The notes under the pieces are model-generated. The model was not told the DNA's origin and searched no databases. It was given only the letters and a program-made list of their open reading frames with translations. A program made the translations under genes and the position numbers. This document shows positions 16,081-26,029 of a stretch of DNA of 32,000 nt, in pieces (the first letter of the stretch is position 1; each line of letters begins with the position of its first letter). This DNA comes from Pyrobaculum aerophilum str. IM2 (lineage in GTDB: Archaea > Thermoproteota > Thermoprotei > Thermoproteales > Thermoproteaceae), in NCBI RefSeq assembly GCF_000007225.1, contig NC_003364.1, positions 1,620,001-1,652,000 of the forward strand, read 5' to 3'.

Positions 16081-18465
16081 ATGATATGTTGTGTGATGGA
16101 AATATCAGTTGGGCTTAAGGTCAAGGGGCGCGAGACCGTGTTGAAAATTTTGGGCATGCACTGCGCCACTTGTTCTTTAACAGTACAAAAGGCCCTTCTC
16201 TCTGTGCCGGGGGTAAAGTGGGCTGAGGCATCGCTTGCGAGCAACGAGGCGAAGCTAGTTGTTGACCCAGAGGCCTTGGACTACTCCGAGTTGCTCAAGG
16301 CAGTGAGGCGCGTTGGCTACGACGTCTTTAGAGAATCTGCGTATATCGCCGCTGAGTTCCGGCCTGAGGAGGCCGAGGCGGCGGAGAGGCGGGTTAGGGG
16401 CTGGGGGGTGTTTTATGCCAAGGCCAACCCCGCCACCGGCGTCATTTACGTGGAATACAACCCGCTGGAGTTAGACGCGGACATGGTTGCTAAACGCTTA
16501 GAGGAGGCCGGGTATAAGGTGAGGGAGGTTAAGAAGGGCGACGTCGAGGTGGACGTAGATAGACGCGTCGCGGAGCTGGAGGCGAGGGACATAAGGCGGA
16601 GGCTTATACCAGCCGTCTTGATATCCACAGTTCTGGCTCCAACGATGTTGGGGATTAAGGTAGTGCCTCCGCTGGCGCAAATGGCCTTGACGGCAATAGT
16701 GCAATTCTACTCCGGGTGGAGGTTTATATCAGGCGCGGCGAGGGCCTTTAGGAATAAGACGGCGAATATGGACACGCTAGTCACGTTGGGCACTTTAAGC
16801 GCCTTTCTCTACAGCTCATACGCCGTATTCTCCGGGGAGCCTACTTTCTTTGAGGTCTCTGCCGTGATCATCACATTTATACTGGCTGGGAGATACATCG
16901 AGATTTTAATGAAGTTGCGCACAGGAGACGCCGTTAGGAAACTGGCGCAGCTCCAGCCCCCCAAGGCTAGAGTTAAGAGGGGGGACGAGTGGGTGGAGGT
17001 AAACGCCTCTGAGGTAAAGCCCGGCGAGGTCGTGGAGGTGAGAGAGGGCGAAAGAATACCAGTTGACGGCTATGTCGACGAGGGGGCCGGGGCCGTGGAC
17101 GAGTCGGCGTTTACCGGCGAGCCGCTTCCAGTGGAGAAAAAAGCCGGCGACTTAGTCCTGGCGGGCACCGTATTAATTAAGGGAAGGCTTTTAATAAGGG
17201 CGACGAGGACGGGAGGGGCCACCTATTTGGCGGAGGTGGTTAAACTCGTGAGGCAGGCCCAAAACGCCAGGTTGCCTATACAGAGACTCGTCGATAGGGT
17301 ATCCGGCGTTTTTACCTGGGCAGTAATGGGAGTGGCTACGGCGACCTTCGCCGCGTGGATAGCCCTGGGCGCTCCCGTTTGGCAGGCCCTCATGTTCGCA
17401 GTTGCCGTCCTCGTCGTGGCGTGTCCATGCGCTCTAGGTCTAGCCACGCCGCTCGCTATAGTTGTAGGCGTCGGCAGAGCCGCCGAGAAGGGTCTATTAA
17501 TTAAAAACCCCGAGGCTATTGAAAAGGCGCTGAGGGCAAAGTTCGTTGCTTTTGACAAAACCGGCACTCTCACCGCCGGCGCTCCCAAAGTCGTGAAGTA
17601 CGTGGGGGATGAACACGCACTTGCCCTGGCGGCGTCGGCTGAGGCGAAGTCTTCCCACCCCATCGGAGTTGCAGTGGTGGAATTCGCCATAAAGAGGGGG
17701 GCAAAGCTGGCGGAGCCTGAGGCTTATGACACGTTCCCCGGCATGGGCGTATACGCCAAAGTCAACGGGGCTGTCGTGGGGATCGGCAATGAAAAGCTAG
17801 TCGAGGGTATGGGGGCAGAGATCCCAGGGGAGATCCGCCGCGAGGCGGAGAGATACCGGGCAGAGGGCTACACAGTGGCGTATATTGTCGTAGACGGAAG
17901 AGTGAGGGGGTTTGTGGTAGTGGGCGACGAGATTAGGCAAGAGGCGCGGGACGTAGTGGAGAGGTTGAAGAGGTGGGGGTATCAGCCTGTGATAATTTCC
18001 GGCGACCACGAGGTTGCTGTGGCTAAAGTTGCGGAGAGGCTGGGCATTGGAAAATACTACGGCGGCAAAACCCCAGACGAGAAGGCAGAGATTGTGAAGG
18101 AGTTGAGAAAAGAGGGCGGGGTTATTTTCATAGGCGATGGGATTAACGACGCCCCAGCCTTGGCGTCGGCAGATATGGGCATAGCTGTGGCCACTGGGAC
18201 AGAAGTGGCGAAAGAGGCGGGAGACGTGGTGGTTAGAAGGGGCGATTTGTCTAAAGTGGCTGAATTTATTGACATCTCGAGGAAAATTATGAAAAACGCT
18301 AAATTCAACCTCTTCTGGGCTTTTGTCTACAACACCGCCCTTATACCCATATCCGCCGGCCTCTTCTACCCGGCGCTATACCTCAGGCCGGAGCTCGCCG
18401 GCTTGGCAATGGCGTTGAGTAGCATATCAGTTACTCTCAACTCCCTAAGGCTCAGAAGGGCGTAG
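16081..18465 (+). CDS. copA: Copper-translocating P1B-type ATPase CopA
   Basis: HMA domain [16 protein letters not shown] motif ([11 protein letters not shown]), DKTGTLT and [10 protein letters not shown]. The alternative start ATG 16096 fits the ATAAAAACTTATATC element better. Confidence 0.93.
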   Translation: MICCVMEISVGLKVKGRETVLKILGMHCATCSLTVQKALLSVPGVKWAEASLASNEAKLVVDPEALDYSELLKAVRRVGYDVFRESAYIAAEFRPEEAEAAERRVRGWGVFYAKANPATGVIYVEYNPLELDADMVAKRLEEAGYKVREVKKGDVEVDVDRRVAELEARDIRRRLIPAVLISTVLAPTMLGIKVVPPLAQMALTAIVQFYSGWRFISGAARAFRNKTANMDTLVTLGTLSAFLYSSYAVFSGEPTFFEVSAVIITFILAGRYIEILMKLRTGDAVRKLAQLQPPKARVKRGDEWVEVNASEVKPGEVVEVREGERIPVDGYVDEGAGAVDESAFTGEPLPVEKKAGDLVLAGTVLIKGRLLIRATRTGGATYLAEVVKLVRQAQNARLPIQRLVDRVSGVFTWAVMGVATATFAAWIALGAPVWQALMFAVAVLVVACPCALGLATPLAIVVGVGRAAEKGLLIKNPEAIEKALRAKFVAFDKTGTLTAGAPKVVKYVGDEHALALAASAEAKSSHPIGVAVVEFAIKRGAKLAEPEAYDTFPGMGVYAKVNGAVVGIGNEKLVEGMGAEIPGEIRREAERYRAEGYTVAYIVVDGRVRGFVVVGDEIRQEARDVVERLKRWGYQPVIISGDHEVAVAKVAERLGIGKYYGGKTPDEKAEIVKELRKEGGVIFIGDGINDAPALASADMGIAVATGTEVAKEAGDVVVRRGDLSKVAEFIDISRKIMKNAKFNLFWAFVYNTALIPISAGLFYPALYLRPELAGLAMALSSISVTLNSLRLRRA

Positions 18466-18506
18466 GAAATGATCTGTAAAGCTTAATTTACCTTTACCAA
18501 TTTGCC

Positions 18507-18869
18507 GTGTGCCTGGCAATTTTAGAAAAGGCGTCTGATGCCAGGAGCGCTATTATAAACGCTAAAAGGCTTGTATCAAAGCCCTTTGGGGAAATGACTG
18601 ATGAAGAGGCGCTTAGATATCAGCTTATAGTTTTGGTGGAGGCTTTGGCGTCTATGTGTATGAAATTCGCCCGACTGGCCTACGGCCGTTTTTACTCCTC
18701 CTACAGACAGTGTCTTGTGGAAATGGACAAGGAAATGGGCACTAACTGCGGAGATGTGCTGAGCTCTCTAATATCGCTTAGAAATCTGCTAGTTCATAGA
18801 TATTTCCAAGTCGACGATCAGAAGCTCTATAACTCAGTAAGGGGAAACTTCACTTGTGTGGAGAATTGA
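18507..18869 (+). CDS. hepT: DUF86/HepT-type HEPN domain protein (putative RNase toxin)
   Basis: LISLRNLLVHRYFQVDDQKLYNSV contains the R-x4-H HEPN motif in the DUF86 context. Confidence 0.75.
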   Translation: MCLAILEKASDARSAIINAKRLVSKPFGEMTDEEALRYQLIVLVEALASMCMKFARLAYGRFYSSYRQCLVEMDKEMGTNCGDVLSSLISLRNLLVHRYFQVDDQKLYNSVRGNFTCVEN

Positions 18870-18884
18870 GAAAGTGGTGGAAAA

Positions 18885-19247
18885 ATGCTCCCTGTATATG
18901 AGATAGACATTAAAGAGGTAGTGAAAAAACTGAGTGGGTTATTGGGCAGGAGGCGGCAAGCTGTCGTCTTCGGCTCAGCCGCTAAATGGCGAATAGTACA
19001 CGACATAGATGTCTTAATTGACGGCGCAGATTTTGACGAGGCCCTGCGCCTCGCCGTAAAGGTCGAGGAGATTTTAGGGATTCCCGCTGATGTGGTTCCC
19101 GCAGAGCTTGCCCCGCCGTGTTTAATAGCTGAGGCCTTAACGGAGGGGGTGTTAATCGCAGTTGACTGGGATTATTTTGACGAGCTTCTCTACAAGTCGG
19201 TGGGACTGTGTCAAGACGTGAAAATAAAGTGGCGCGAAATCCTCTAG
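18885..19247 (+). CDS. mntA: Minimal nucleotidyltransferase (MntA-type)
   Basis: VVFGSAAKWRIVHDIDVLI (the GS...DxD motif of pol-beta-fold NTases). It lies 15 nt downstream of the HEPN gene. Confidence 0.75.
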   Translation: MLPVYEIDIKEVVKKLSGLLGRRRQAVVFGSAAKWRIVHDIDVLIDGADFDEALRLAVKVEEILGIPADVVPAELAPPCLIAEALTEGVLIAVDWDYFDELLYKSVGLCQDVKIKWREIL

Positions 19248-19308
19248 TTTACACAAGCTTATGTCGTTTAGAAGTGCATGTAGGCGGTTTGACAAGGCGC
19301 CGGTCGCT

Positions 19309-19815
19309 TCACTGTGTTTTGGCCACAATAAGCCCCACTCCCATTAGTATATACGCCACCGCGACAATAATAAGGCCTATGGCCACTACTGCCAGCGCCG
19401 ATCCCCACCAATACAGCGTGTTTGCAATAGAGAAGAGGCTCTCGCCTATGCGGCTCTGGAGGGCCGCCAGTATGGGGCGCAAGCGGTAGGCGGAGGCCAC
19501 TTGTAACACCCACCCCGCAACCCACGCCGCGAGCCCCACGGCTAATGCCAGCCCTCTAGCCGGCAACTCCCACCACGTTCTGAGCCTCTCTAAGGAAAAG
19601 CCCAGGATCGCCTGGGCTATTCCAAAAGCCACTAATGCGGCTATGGCGTATACAAGCCACTTGGAGCGGTCCTCGCCGACGCCAATGCGCAGTTCAGCCA
19701 GAGCCACGTATAACAACACGACGCCCACCACTGAAGCGGGCCACCCGGCGAAGAAGCCAATAGCCGCTAGAAAGGCGCCCAACCCGCCCAGCACTTTAGC
19801 CGCGTCGACGTCCAT
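19309..19815 (-). CDS. Integral membrane protein (possibly DUF996-like)
   Basis: 168 aa with 4-5 hydrophobic helices. A TATATATAAAC element lies upstream of ATG 19815. The family guess is unverified. Confidence 0.6.
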   Translation of the reverse strand: MDVDAAKVLGGLGAFLAAIGFFAGWPASVVGVVLLYVALAELRIGVGEDRSKWLVYAIAALVAFGIAQAILGFSLERLRTWWELPARGLALAVGLAAWVAGWVLQVASAYRLRPILAALQSRIGESLFSIANTLYWWGSALAVVAIGLIIVAVAYILMGVGLIVAKTQ

Positions 19816-19938
19816 GAGATTATAAAAAACCCTATATATAAACTTTGAGTGTAGCCGATGGATAACAGCGGCTTTGCTGTTTTTAACGGTTAGGCCCCTG
19901 CCCGAGATAGAGGCTGTAGCTAAACAAGAGGCGTCTGA

Positions 19939-20185
19939 AATATCCAGGTTTTTAATAAATTGCGGGCGGAGGCTAGGTGCAGGGCAATTTTAAAAGCCGT
20001 GGCTGGCAAGCCCATTAGATGGTCAGAGATAAAGAGGGCTTTAGAGGCGCAGGGGGCGTGGGAATAGACGATCACAATTTCACGGAGCTGTTGCATAACT
20101 TAGAGAGGGACTTCTGGAGAAGAGGGGCAACGCCTACATTATTCCAGACCCCGTGGTCAGACTCGCCGTAGAGCGCTGTGTGTAA
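19939..20185 (+). pseudogene. Decayed C-terminal fragment of an archaeal ATPase (DUF234-type wHTH tail)
   Basis: RAILKAVAGKPIRWSEIKRALEAQG is followed by a stop. Homology then continues after frame changes as GIDDHNFTELLHNLERD and LLEKRGNAYIIPDPVVRLAVERCV*. No ATPase core lies upstream. Confidence 0.45.
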
Positions 20186-20225
20186 GACGGCGCATTTGCG
20201 CCATATGTCGCACTAATGTAGTGTT

Positions 20226-21494
20226 TTACTCCAGCCTTACCCCCGCAGTCTCCAGCAACCACTTTATTGCCACTGCTAAAGCTACTGCCACTACAATATA
20301 AGTGTACAGTATTACGCCGGCCAGCGGGTTGTTAAACAACACGCCGAGAGTCTGTACAATAGAGGGGGTGAAGCCGCCGAAAAGGCCAATGCCTATGTTA
20401 AAAGCCAGCGACATGCCGGTATATCTAACCCTCGTGGGAAACAGCTCAGCTATTGCAGTCCCCAACACGCTGAAGGTGAAGGCAGTGGTAAGTATAAGGA
20501 GGAATATTAGAAACGAGGCTAGGGCGACGTCTTTTACAAAACCCAGCCAGTAGTAAACGGGGTAGAACAACACAAGCCCCAGCGCCAGGCTTGTGATGTA
20601 TACCCTACGGCGGCCAATGCGGTCTGCGAGATAGGCGTTAATTATGTAAAAGGGCAATTGCGCCAGGGCGGCCGCCCCAACGGCTAAATTAGCATCTACT
20701 GGACTCCACTTCAATACGTTAGTCAAATAGGGGAAGATATAGCCAGTGGCCGTATAGGCCAAAACGGAGTGTCCCGCGGCTATTATAATCCCCAGCGCCA
20801 TATATACGGGATAGCGGACGAAGGCCTCTGCTATTGGGAGTCTGGAAACCCGACCCTCTTTTTTAATCTTCTCAAATAGAGGCGTCTCCGCAAGCTTATA
20901 CCTAAGCCACAGGCCAAGTGCCGTTAGCGCCAGCGATATTAAAAACGGAACTCTCCAGCCCCACGTCTCGAAATCGGCCTTGGGGAGCGAGAAGGCTGTG
21001 AACACTAAAGTGAGCGAGGAGAGGCCGAGCCCCAAGGGCGGCGTGGCCGATAGAAAGCCGGCGTAAAAAGCCCGCCTATTTTCAGGGGCATTTTCCAAAA
21101 CATAAGTCACCGCTCCGCCGTATTCCCCTCCCAGGGCAATGCCTTGGAGTATACGCAAACTAGCCAACGCCAGTGGGGCCCATACGCCTACTTGGTCATA
21201 CGTCGGGAGCAAGCCGATGAGAAAAGTGGAAACTCCCATTAATAGCAAAGTGGCCAAGAAAGTGGACTTCCTCCCTATCTTATCGCCTAAGTGGCCAAAT
21301 ACAGCCGCGCCCAGAGGCCTCACCACAAACCCCGTGGCGAATACAAGCCACGTGAGAATAACGGCGGCTACGGGATCTCCCCGCGGGAAAAATTTAGAGG
21401 CTATGTAAGGAGAAAGCGACGCATATGCGAAAAAATCATACCATTCAATTAAAGTGCCTATTGTAGAGGCCGCTACTATAAATCTGAGAGACAT
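20226..21494 (-). CDS. MFS transporter, metabolite:H+ symporter-like
   Basis: 12-TM pattern with GHLGDKIGRKSTFLATLLLMG (MFS loop 2-3 motif). A (TA)n TATA element lies about 27 nt upstream of ATG 21494. Confidence 0.85.
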   Translation of the reverse strand: MSLRFIVAASTIGTLIEWYDFFAYASLSPYIASKFFPRGDPVAAVILTWLVFATGFVVRPLGAAVFGHLGDKIGRKSTFLATLLLMGVSTFLIGLLPTYDQVGVWAPLALASLRILQGIALGGEYGGAVTYVLENAPENRRAFYAGFLSATPPLGLGLSSLTLVFTAFSLPKADFETWGWRVPFLISLALTALGLWLRYKLAETPLFEKIKKEGRVSRLPIAEAFVRYPVYMALGIIIAAGHSVLAYTATGYIFPYLTNVLKWSPVDANLAVGAAALAQLPFYIINAYLADRIGRRRVYITSLALGLVLFYPVYYWLGFVKDVALASFLIFLLILTTAFTFSVLGTAIAELFPTRVRYTGMSLAFNIGIGLFGGFTPSIVQTLGVLFNNPLAGVILYTYIVVAVALAVAIKWLLETAGVRLE

Positions 21495-21659
21495 AATACT
21501 GAGTAAAGGAGGGCTATATATATATATTAAAGTCTTAATATTTAGTTACCTGTGTTAGATATCTCCCAGACTTTAAGCCCCAGCCGAAAAATGAGCGATA
21601 ACCCAGCATGGCAATAAGAAGACCTAGGAGGTCGGGCAAGGCTTCCTCCTGCGGACGTT

Positions 21660-22727
21660 TTAAAGGTGTATTATTGGCCTCGGAACGAGCCAAAGGACGT
21701 ATATGCCAATTGCGATGAACACCGCTATTCCAACGGGTAGGGCCAGTTTAATCCACTCTTTAAAGCCAATTTTCAACACGCCTGCCATTACGATATTAGG
21801 CACGTTCCCCGGTATAGTCAGCCCTCCCGCAATAACCAGCGAGATGATAAAACTCCTCAAGGTCTCTACCGCCATTTCCGGGGTTACGAGGGCCGCGACT
21901 AATGTGGCGTTGTCAGCAACAGCGGAGAGCAGGCCGAAGACGTATAGATACTCCCTCCCGAGCTCTGCCACCGCAACTGCGAGAGGCTTGAAGAACTCGC
22001 CCAGTATAGTTAGGGCGAATATGAAAATGAAAATTTTCACGGCGCGAGTTATAACCTCTTTAAGCTCCGGCTCGTAGGGCACAACTTCCACGCCGGGCTG
22101 GCGCAGTCTCTTAAGGGAGAAGTACGCGTAGAGCGCGAAAAACGCCACAATAATAAACACCGCATCAAATAAGACGTCTACTAAGAAGAAAAAGCCCTGT
22201 TTTAATTTGGCGACGGCGATAGTGGACAGAGGCTCGCCTATTGGCAACAACGCGGCGCCTGCGCCGATAGCAAAGGCGCCATATACAGCTGCCCTAGCCT
22301 TATATGCATGGGGGGCGTTGGCAAAGCCGAGGAGTTCCGCCATTATGGCTGCGGCCACTACTGCGGAGATTACGCTACTAGACAGCCCGAGGCCGAAGAT
22401 AAGGCCGGCGATAACAGCGGGGCGGGCCAGGGCGTCGGCCTTCTCGGCCATTTTATGCCTCAAGGCGTAAAAAACAAGGCCAGCAGCAAGAACAACTTGC
22501 GTTATGCCAATAGGGATGTAGCCGATCCCCGGCTGGTAGACCGCCACGGGGTGGAGCAGAGCCTCCTTTAAAAGATGCCAACTCCACAAACCCTCCAACG
22601 TTGCACCAGCCACTGCCATGGCTAAGAAGAACAGCTCTAGATTGTGCTCAACCTTTTTTGAGAGTATAGGCAGTGCTATTAATAAGACTAGAAACACTAT
22701 TTGTAAGTAAAGCGATGAAATATCCAT
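21660..22727 (-). CDS. Ion-transporter-superfamily membrane protein (DUF1646/ArsB-NhaD-like, tentative)
   Basis: Polytopic, with IGEPLSTI, SAVADNATL and PGNVPNIV motifs. I set the start to ATG 22727 (MDISSLYLQ...) because an AAATTTATATTAAA element lies upstream of it. The longer ORF to 22862 runs through that element. Confidence 0.7.
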   Translation of the reverse strand: MDISSLYLQIVFLVLLIALPILSKKVEHNLELFFLAMAVAGATLEGLWSWHLLKEALLHPVAVYQPGIGYIPIGITQVVLAAGLVFYALRHKMAEKADALARPAVIAGLIFGLGLSSSVISAVVAAAIMAELLGFANAPHAYKARAAVYGAFAIGAGAALLPIGEPLSTIAVAKLKQGFFFLVDVLFDAVFIIVAFFALYAYFSLKRLRQPGVEVVPYEPELKEVITRAVKIFIFIFALTILGEFFKPLAVAVAELGREYLYVFGLLSAVADNATLVAALVTPEMAVETLRSFIISLVIAGGLTIPGNVPNIVMAGVLKIGFKEWIKLALPVGIAVFIAIGIYVLWLVPRPIIHL

Positions 22728-23106
22728 GCCGACCACCTTTAACAGTTTAATATAAATTTTATGGCGGCTTTGTTGCGACACAACTTCAACGCCAGATATC
22801 ACGCCATTTTGTGATAGATTATTAACAACTGCCCTGCAGCTCAATGCGATAAAGACTAGCAATACGCCTACTTCTTCAAAAGCTGGACTTTCTCTATTAG
22901 AGGATTCTGCAAGTTAGGAATGTCGTAATTTTTCACCTTCTTCGTCAGCCGTAAGAATCACGTTAATCTTGCGATTATGAACGTAGTGCGCGTCGTCCTT
23001 TTCAATGTTCAGGATAAACATCAAGACGCGTTCGATATTCCGCGTATATCGCCGCTTCCGAGCGCCAGCGGGCGAGAAAAATCAAAATCGCGTACGCGTA
23101 GGGGTC

Positions 23107-23938
23107 GTTGTGAAGACCTACAGAACAATGTTGATAAGGCGTAAAATAGAGGGATCTTCCCAAGGGGAAAGTTAGAATAAGGAAGTGGGAGGTATAATTT
23201 CAATGGGACTGAAGAAGACCTAGATTAAATAGATCAGGAAGAGGTTGAGAATGGTTGGCTAACTGAAATTAGCCTTTTCTTGGTTTAGTCTTGAAAAGCG
23301 GACTAACTTGGCTACCTTCAATTTGGCGTTAGTATTCGCCAGAGAAATTAAACCGTACTGGGCAGAGCGTCTTCTTGTTGTTGATTTAAACGCTCTTCAC
23401 AACTGCGTTGTCAGTGCCGTTGTCGGGGAACATCACATCATGACAATAGGTATTGACATGCCAAATCTGGGAAAGGTCGGCCGTATCCAAAAGAAGATTG
23501 CGCATATAAAACGCTTAAGCGCCAAGAGGGGTTACTCCTATTGCAACAGAAGTACTGAGTTGAAAAGCCGTCTTTGGCGTCTCTGGAGACCTTTCGAGGA
23601 GGTGACGGCGAGGAAATTGGTGAGACTGGCAAGGCAGTATAAGGCCGCCATCGTGCTACATTCACCAAATGACAAATCAATAAGAGCGCTGAAAGAGGGG
23701 GCAATAGTCTAAATATGATGATCTTCCTCAACCTTGGGAGATTGAGGAAGCGGCTAAAATGCCTTGCGGAGTGGTGTGGCGTGCCGTGCCTCTAAGAGAG
23801 ACTGTAATCGACAGTATGCCCCTACTGCGGGGGCCCCGGATGCTTGGCATTTCTCCCATTTTGTTGCGGCTGCGGTATGGGAAGGGCTTACCTGGATTCC
23901 TTGCCCCGGGGGCGGGGAGTAGAAAGGGGTACTATATA
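23107..23938 (+). pseudogene. tnpB: Decayed IS200/IS605-family TnpB (OrfB) gene
   Basis: The VKTYRTMLIR N-terminus is followed by stops. The 23308-23712 ORF has LVVDLNALHN (RuvC-I-like) and AAIVLHSPN, where the catalytic E is expected. Downstream, LRKRLKCLAEWCGVPCL*ERL*STVCPYCG...CGCG shows the Zn-ribbon region interrupted by stops. Confidence 0.6.
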
Positions 23939-24213
23939 GGTATTCCTTCAATAGGCTCCGGCGGTTCTCTCCTCACCCTACGGCGCCTTATCTCTAAAAC
24001 TCTAAGGTATGTCTCTAGAAATAGAGGATCCTCCAGCCTCTTCCACAAATAGCGGTAGAAGGCGTTAATAAACTCCACATAAGAGCGCCAGTAGTCGGGA
24101 TCCCCCGCTGCCGCTAGCTTGGCGAAATACTCCACAACTCTGAGGTTGTGCTCTAAATTCCTCCGCCTCTCCTTCTCAAGCTCTCCAACGAGATTCCCAT
24201 TGCCCTCGCCCAC
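23932..24213 (-). CDS. Hypothetical helical protein, or a frameshifted C-terminal part of the upstream nucleotidyltransferase
   Basis: 93-aa ORF overlapping the upstream gene by 61 nt in another frame. Its last codons overlap the end of the TnpB remnant. Confidence 0.35.
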   Translation of the reverse strand: MGEGNGNLVGELEKERRRNLEHNLRVVEYFAKLAAAGDPDYWRSYVEFINAFYRYLWKRLEDPLFLETYLRVLEIRRRRVRREPPEPIEGIPI

Positions 24214-24632
24214 ACCTCTAACAACTGCTCATTTAAAAACCCCCTCGCCTTGGCAAAATAATTAAGATAAGCGGCGTCTACTAAGTCTTTTTCAGATCCA
24301 AGCCAGAGCTTATAGGCAATTTGCAACTCTATTGGAGATATATAAAACGTCTCGCCTCTTATTCTCACCTCTACTCTATTCTCCAAGGCATAGCGCTGAT
24401 AAACAGTGCGGGGAGGCTTCACTTCAAAATTCGGCAGAAATTTTGGGGGTTTGTGGAACCTTATTGAGGCAATTCTAAACTCCTCCTCTATAGATCCCGA
24501 GAGGGTTAACGGCTTAAAGCCGCAGCCCGCAAGCCTAGAGGCGATCTCAGAGCCTGAGGAGGCCTCCACAATTATATCTATGTCGTCAGTTGACCTGCTA
24601 CGGCCTAGAAGTATTGCCACATACCCAGCCAC
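24153..24632 (-). CDS. Minimal nucleotidyltransferase-fold protein
   Basis: AGYVAILLGRSRSTDDIDIIV (G...G-x-S/R...DxD). GTG start lies about 30 nt downstream of TTTATAAAA. Confidence 0.6.
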   Translation of the reverse strand: MAGYVAILLGRSRSTDDIDIIVEASSGSEIASRLAGCGFKPLTLSGSIEEEFRIASIRFHKPPKFLPNFEVKPPRTVYQRYALENRVEVRIRGETFYISPIELQIAYKLWLGSEKDLVDAAYLNYFAKARGFLNEQLLEVWARAMGISLESLRRRGGGI

Positions 24633-24769
24633 TATTACATTACCACGACTGCAGACATTTTATAAACTCTAACACCAAGCGGTCTAACTCGTCTAACTCT
24701 CTGTCCAATACAATAATCACGCGTTAGAGGTCTGGGGAGAAATTATCTTTTACCCACGTTATTGGCTAT

Positions 24770-25606
24770 GTGTGCACCCTATACGGAAGGGAGGGCTACC
24801 ACGGCTTGTTCCTAAGGCCCATAGCGGCGCAAATGGGCTGTGAGCTAGTCCAGCTGGACTACATGGCACTGCACCGGACATACCGAAGGGGAGCTCCAGG
24901 CGTATTTTACATTGAGGACGTATGGTATAAACACGGCTCTGCGCCTTGGCCGCGCCACGCGGTGCCAGAGGCTTTTAAGGGGCTAATGGGGAGGATCTAC
25001 CCCGTCTTGGGCAACGTCCAAGTGTTTTACACAGACGGAACGGTTAACTACGTTGCTGAGGCACAGTGCGGCAAGGCAGGGCTTTTGGCAAAAAGGGGAG
25101 AGCCGCTGGTCACTGACCTGTTGCTCCCCCTCTACTTGGAAATTGGCGACGTGGCGAAGGCGCTTATAGCCGCCAAGAAGTTTTACAAGTGCGGATTGCC
25201 GTCAACACCCGCCGAGTTGGTAGAGGGCATATATTCCGGCCACTACAAAGCCGCGTATTTCTGGCTTGGATGGGCCCCCGGCGTTAAGGCGAGGCCAAAC
25301 CCAGTGTTGAAAAAAGCCCTGGCGGGCTTCTGGGGGTTAACAGTGGTGGCCGTTGAGGTGGACGTGCCAGATTCATACGCCTACCCCCCGCCTTATTTAG
25401 ACGTGGACTGGGGGCCCTATGCCCACAATAGACGGCTCGTGGAGGAGGCCAGCCCTCTGAGGGGCCGCGGATGGATGGACTTCGTGGAGGAGGTCCACGG
25501 GGTAATACACGCCTATTTACACGGCCAGGTGGAGCTGGAAAAGGCAACGCGCATAACGAAGAGGATTGAAGGCGTGTTGAGAGATGTAGGGGAGGGCCTA
25601 TATTAA
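24770..25606 (+). CDS. Hypothetical protein (278 aa, no recognisable domain)
   Basis: Long ORF with a GTG start. No motif was recognised. Confidence 0.5.
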   Translation: MCTLYGREGYHGLFLRPIAAQMGCELVQLDYMALHRTYRRGAPGVFYIEDVWYKHGSAPWPRHAVPEAFKGLMGRIYPVLGNVQVFYTDGTVNYVAEAQCGKAGLLAKRGEPLVTDLLLPLYLEIGDVAKALIAAKKFYKCGLPSTPAELVEGIYSGHYKAAYFWLGWAPGVKARPNPVLKKALAGFWGLTVVAVEVDVPDSYAYPPPYLDVDWGPYAHNRRLVEEASPLRGRGWMDFVEEVHGVIHAYLHGQVELEKATRITKRIEGVLRDVGEGLY

Positions 25607-25666
25607 GACCCTCCTCTTGGAGCTGTACGTAGAGGGGGAGGTGACGACAGACGCCAGGGAGGTTGA

Positions 25667-26029
25667 GAGGGCTGGGAGGCTGGCGGTGGGCTTCTGACCT
25701 TCCACGCCGTGTCTCATTTAGAAGGCGTAGAGGCCAGGCCCCGCGCAGGATGGCCGCCCGCGGTGTTTATAGTCGGGAGGCCAACGGCGCCGTTGCCCGG
25801 CGGCGGCGAGGTAAAGCTGAGAGAAGAGGAGCAGGTGGAGTGCGGCGAGTACGTAGAAGCGGTAGAGGAGGCTAAGAGGGCTTTGGAGAGGGGGGAGCTG
25901 TTTCAATTAGTCCTATCTAGATACCGGGCATATAGAGGCTTGGCCGACCCAGCCGCCGTGTTGAAAAAATTAATCCGCCACATGGACAGCAAGTACTATT
26001 ACTTCTTCCAATTCGGCGAACCTTTGTGA
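25667..26029 (+). pseudogene. Fragment of an anthranilate synthase component I (TrpE/PabB chorismate-binding) gene
   Basis: AGGGLLTFHAVSHLE...EYVEAVEEAKRALERGELFQLVLSRYRAY...DPAAVLKKLIRHMDSKYYYFFQFG aligns by eye with the TrpE region ...GEIFQVV-SRRF...LKKSNPSPYMFFMQ... It ends abruptly, and no catalytic C-terminal half follows. Confidence 0.65.

Noticed and set aside
17223-17690. Long antisense ORFs inside well-supported genes, for example 17223-17690 in copA, 8330-8773 in fumC, 21703-22077 and 22207-22571 in the transporter, 5412-5729 and 5909-6239 in OFOR, and 26092-26609 in the ATPase.
   Set aside because: These are shadow ORFs typical of GC-rich coding DNA, with Ala/Pro/Arg/Ser-rich low-complexity translations and no motifs.
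21515-21527. (TA)n microsatellite-like run.
   Set aside because: It is explained as the TATA element about 27 nt upstream of the MFS transporter ATG.
24682-24699. Tandem 9-mer GTCTAACTC x2 in the NTase/278-aa divergent intergenic region.
   Set aside because: It is too short to distinguish from chance, and no further copies were noticed.
25663-25875. 70-aa Arg/Gly-rich ORF (…RRRGQAPRRMAARG…).
   Set aside because: It is an alternative frame of the TrpE-like fragment. Its composition indicates a non-coding frame.
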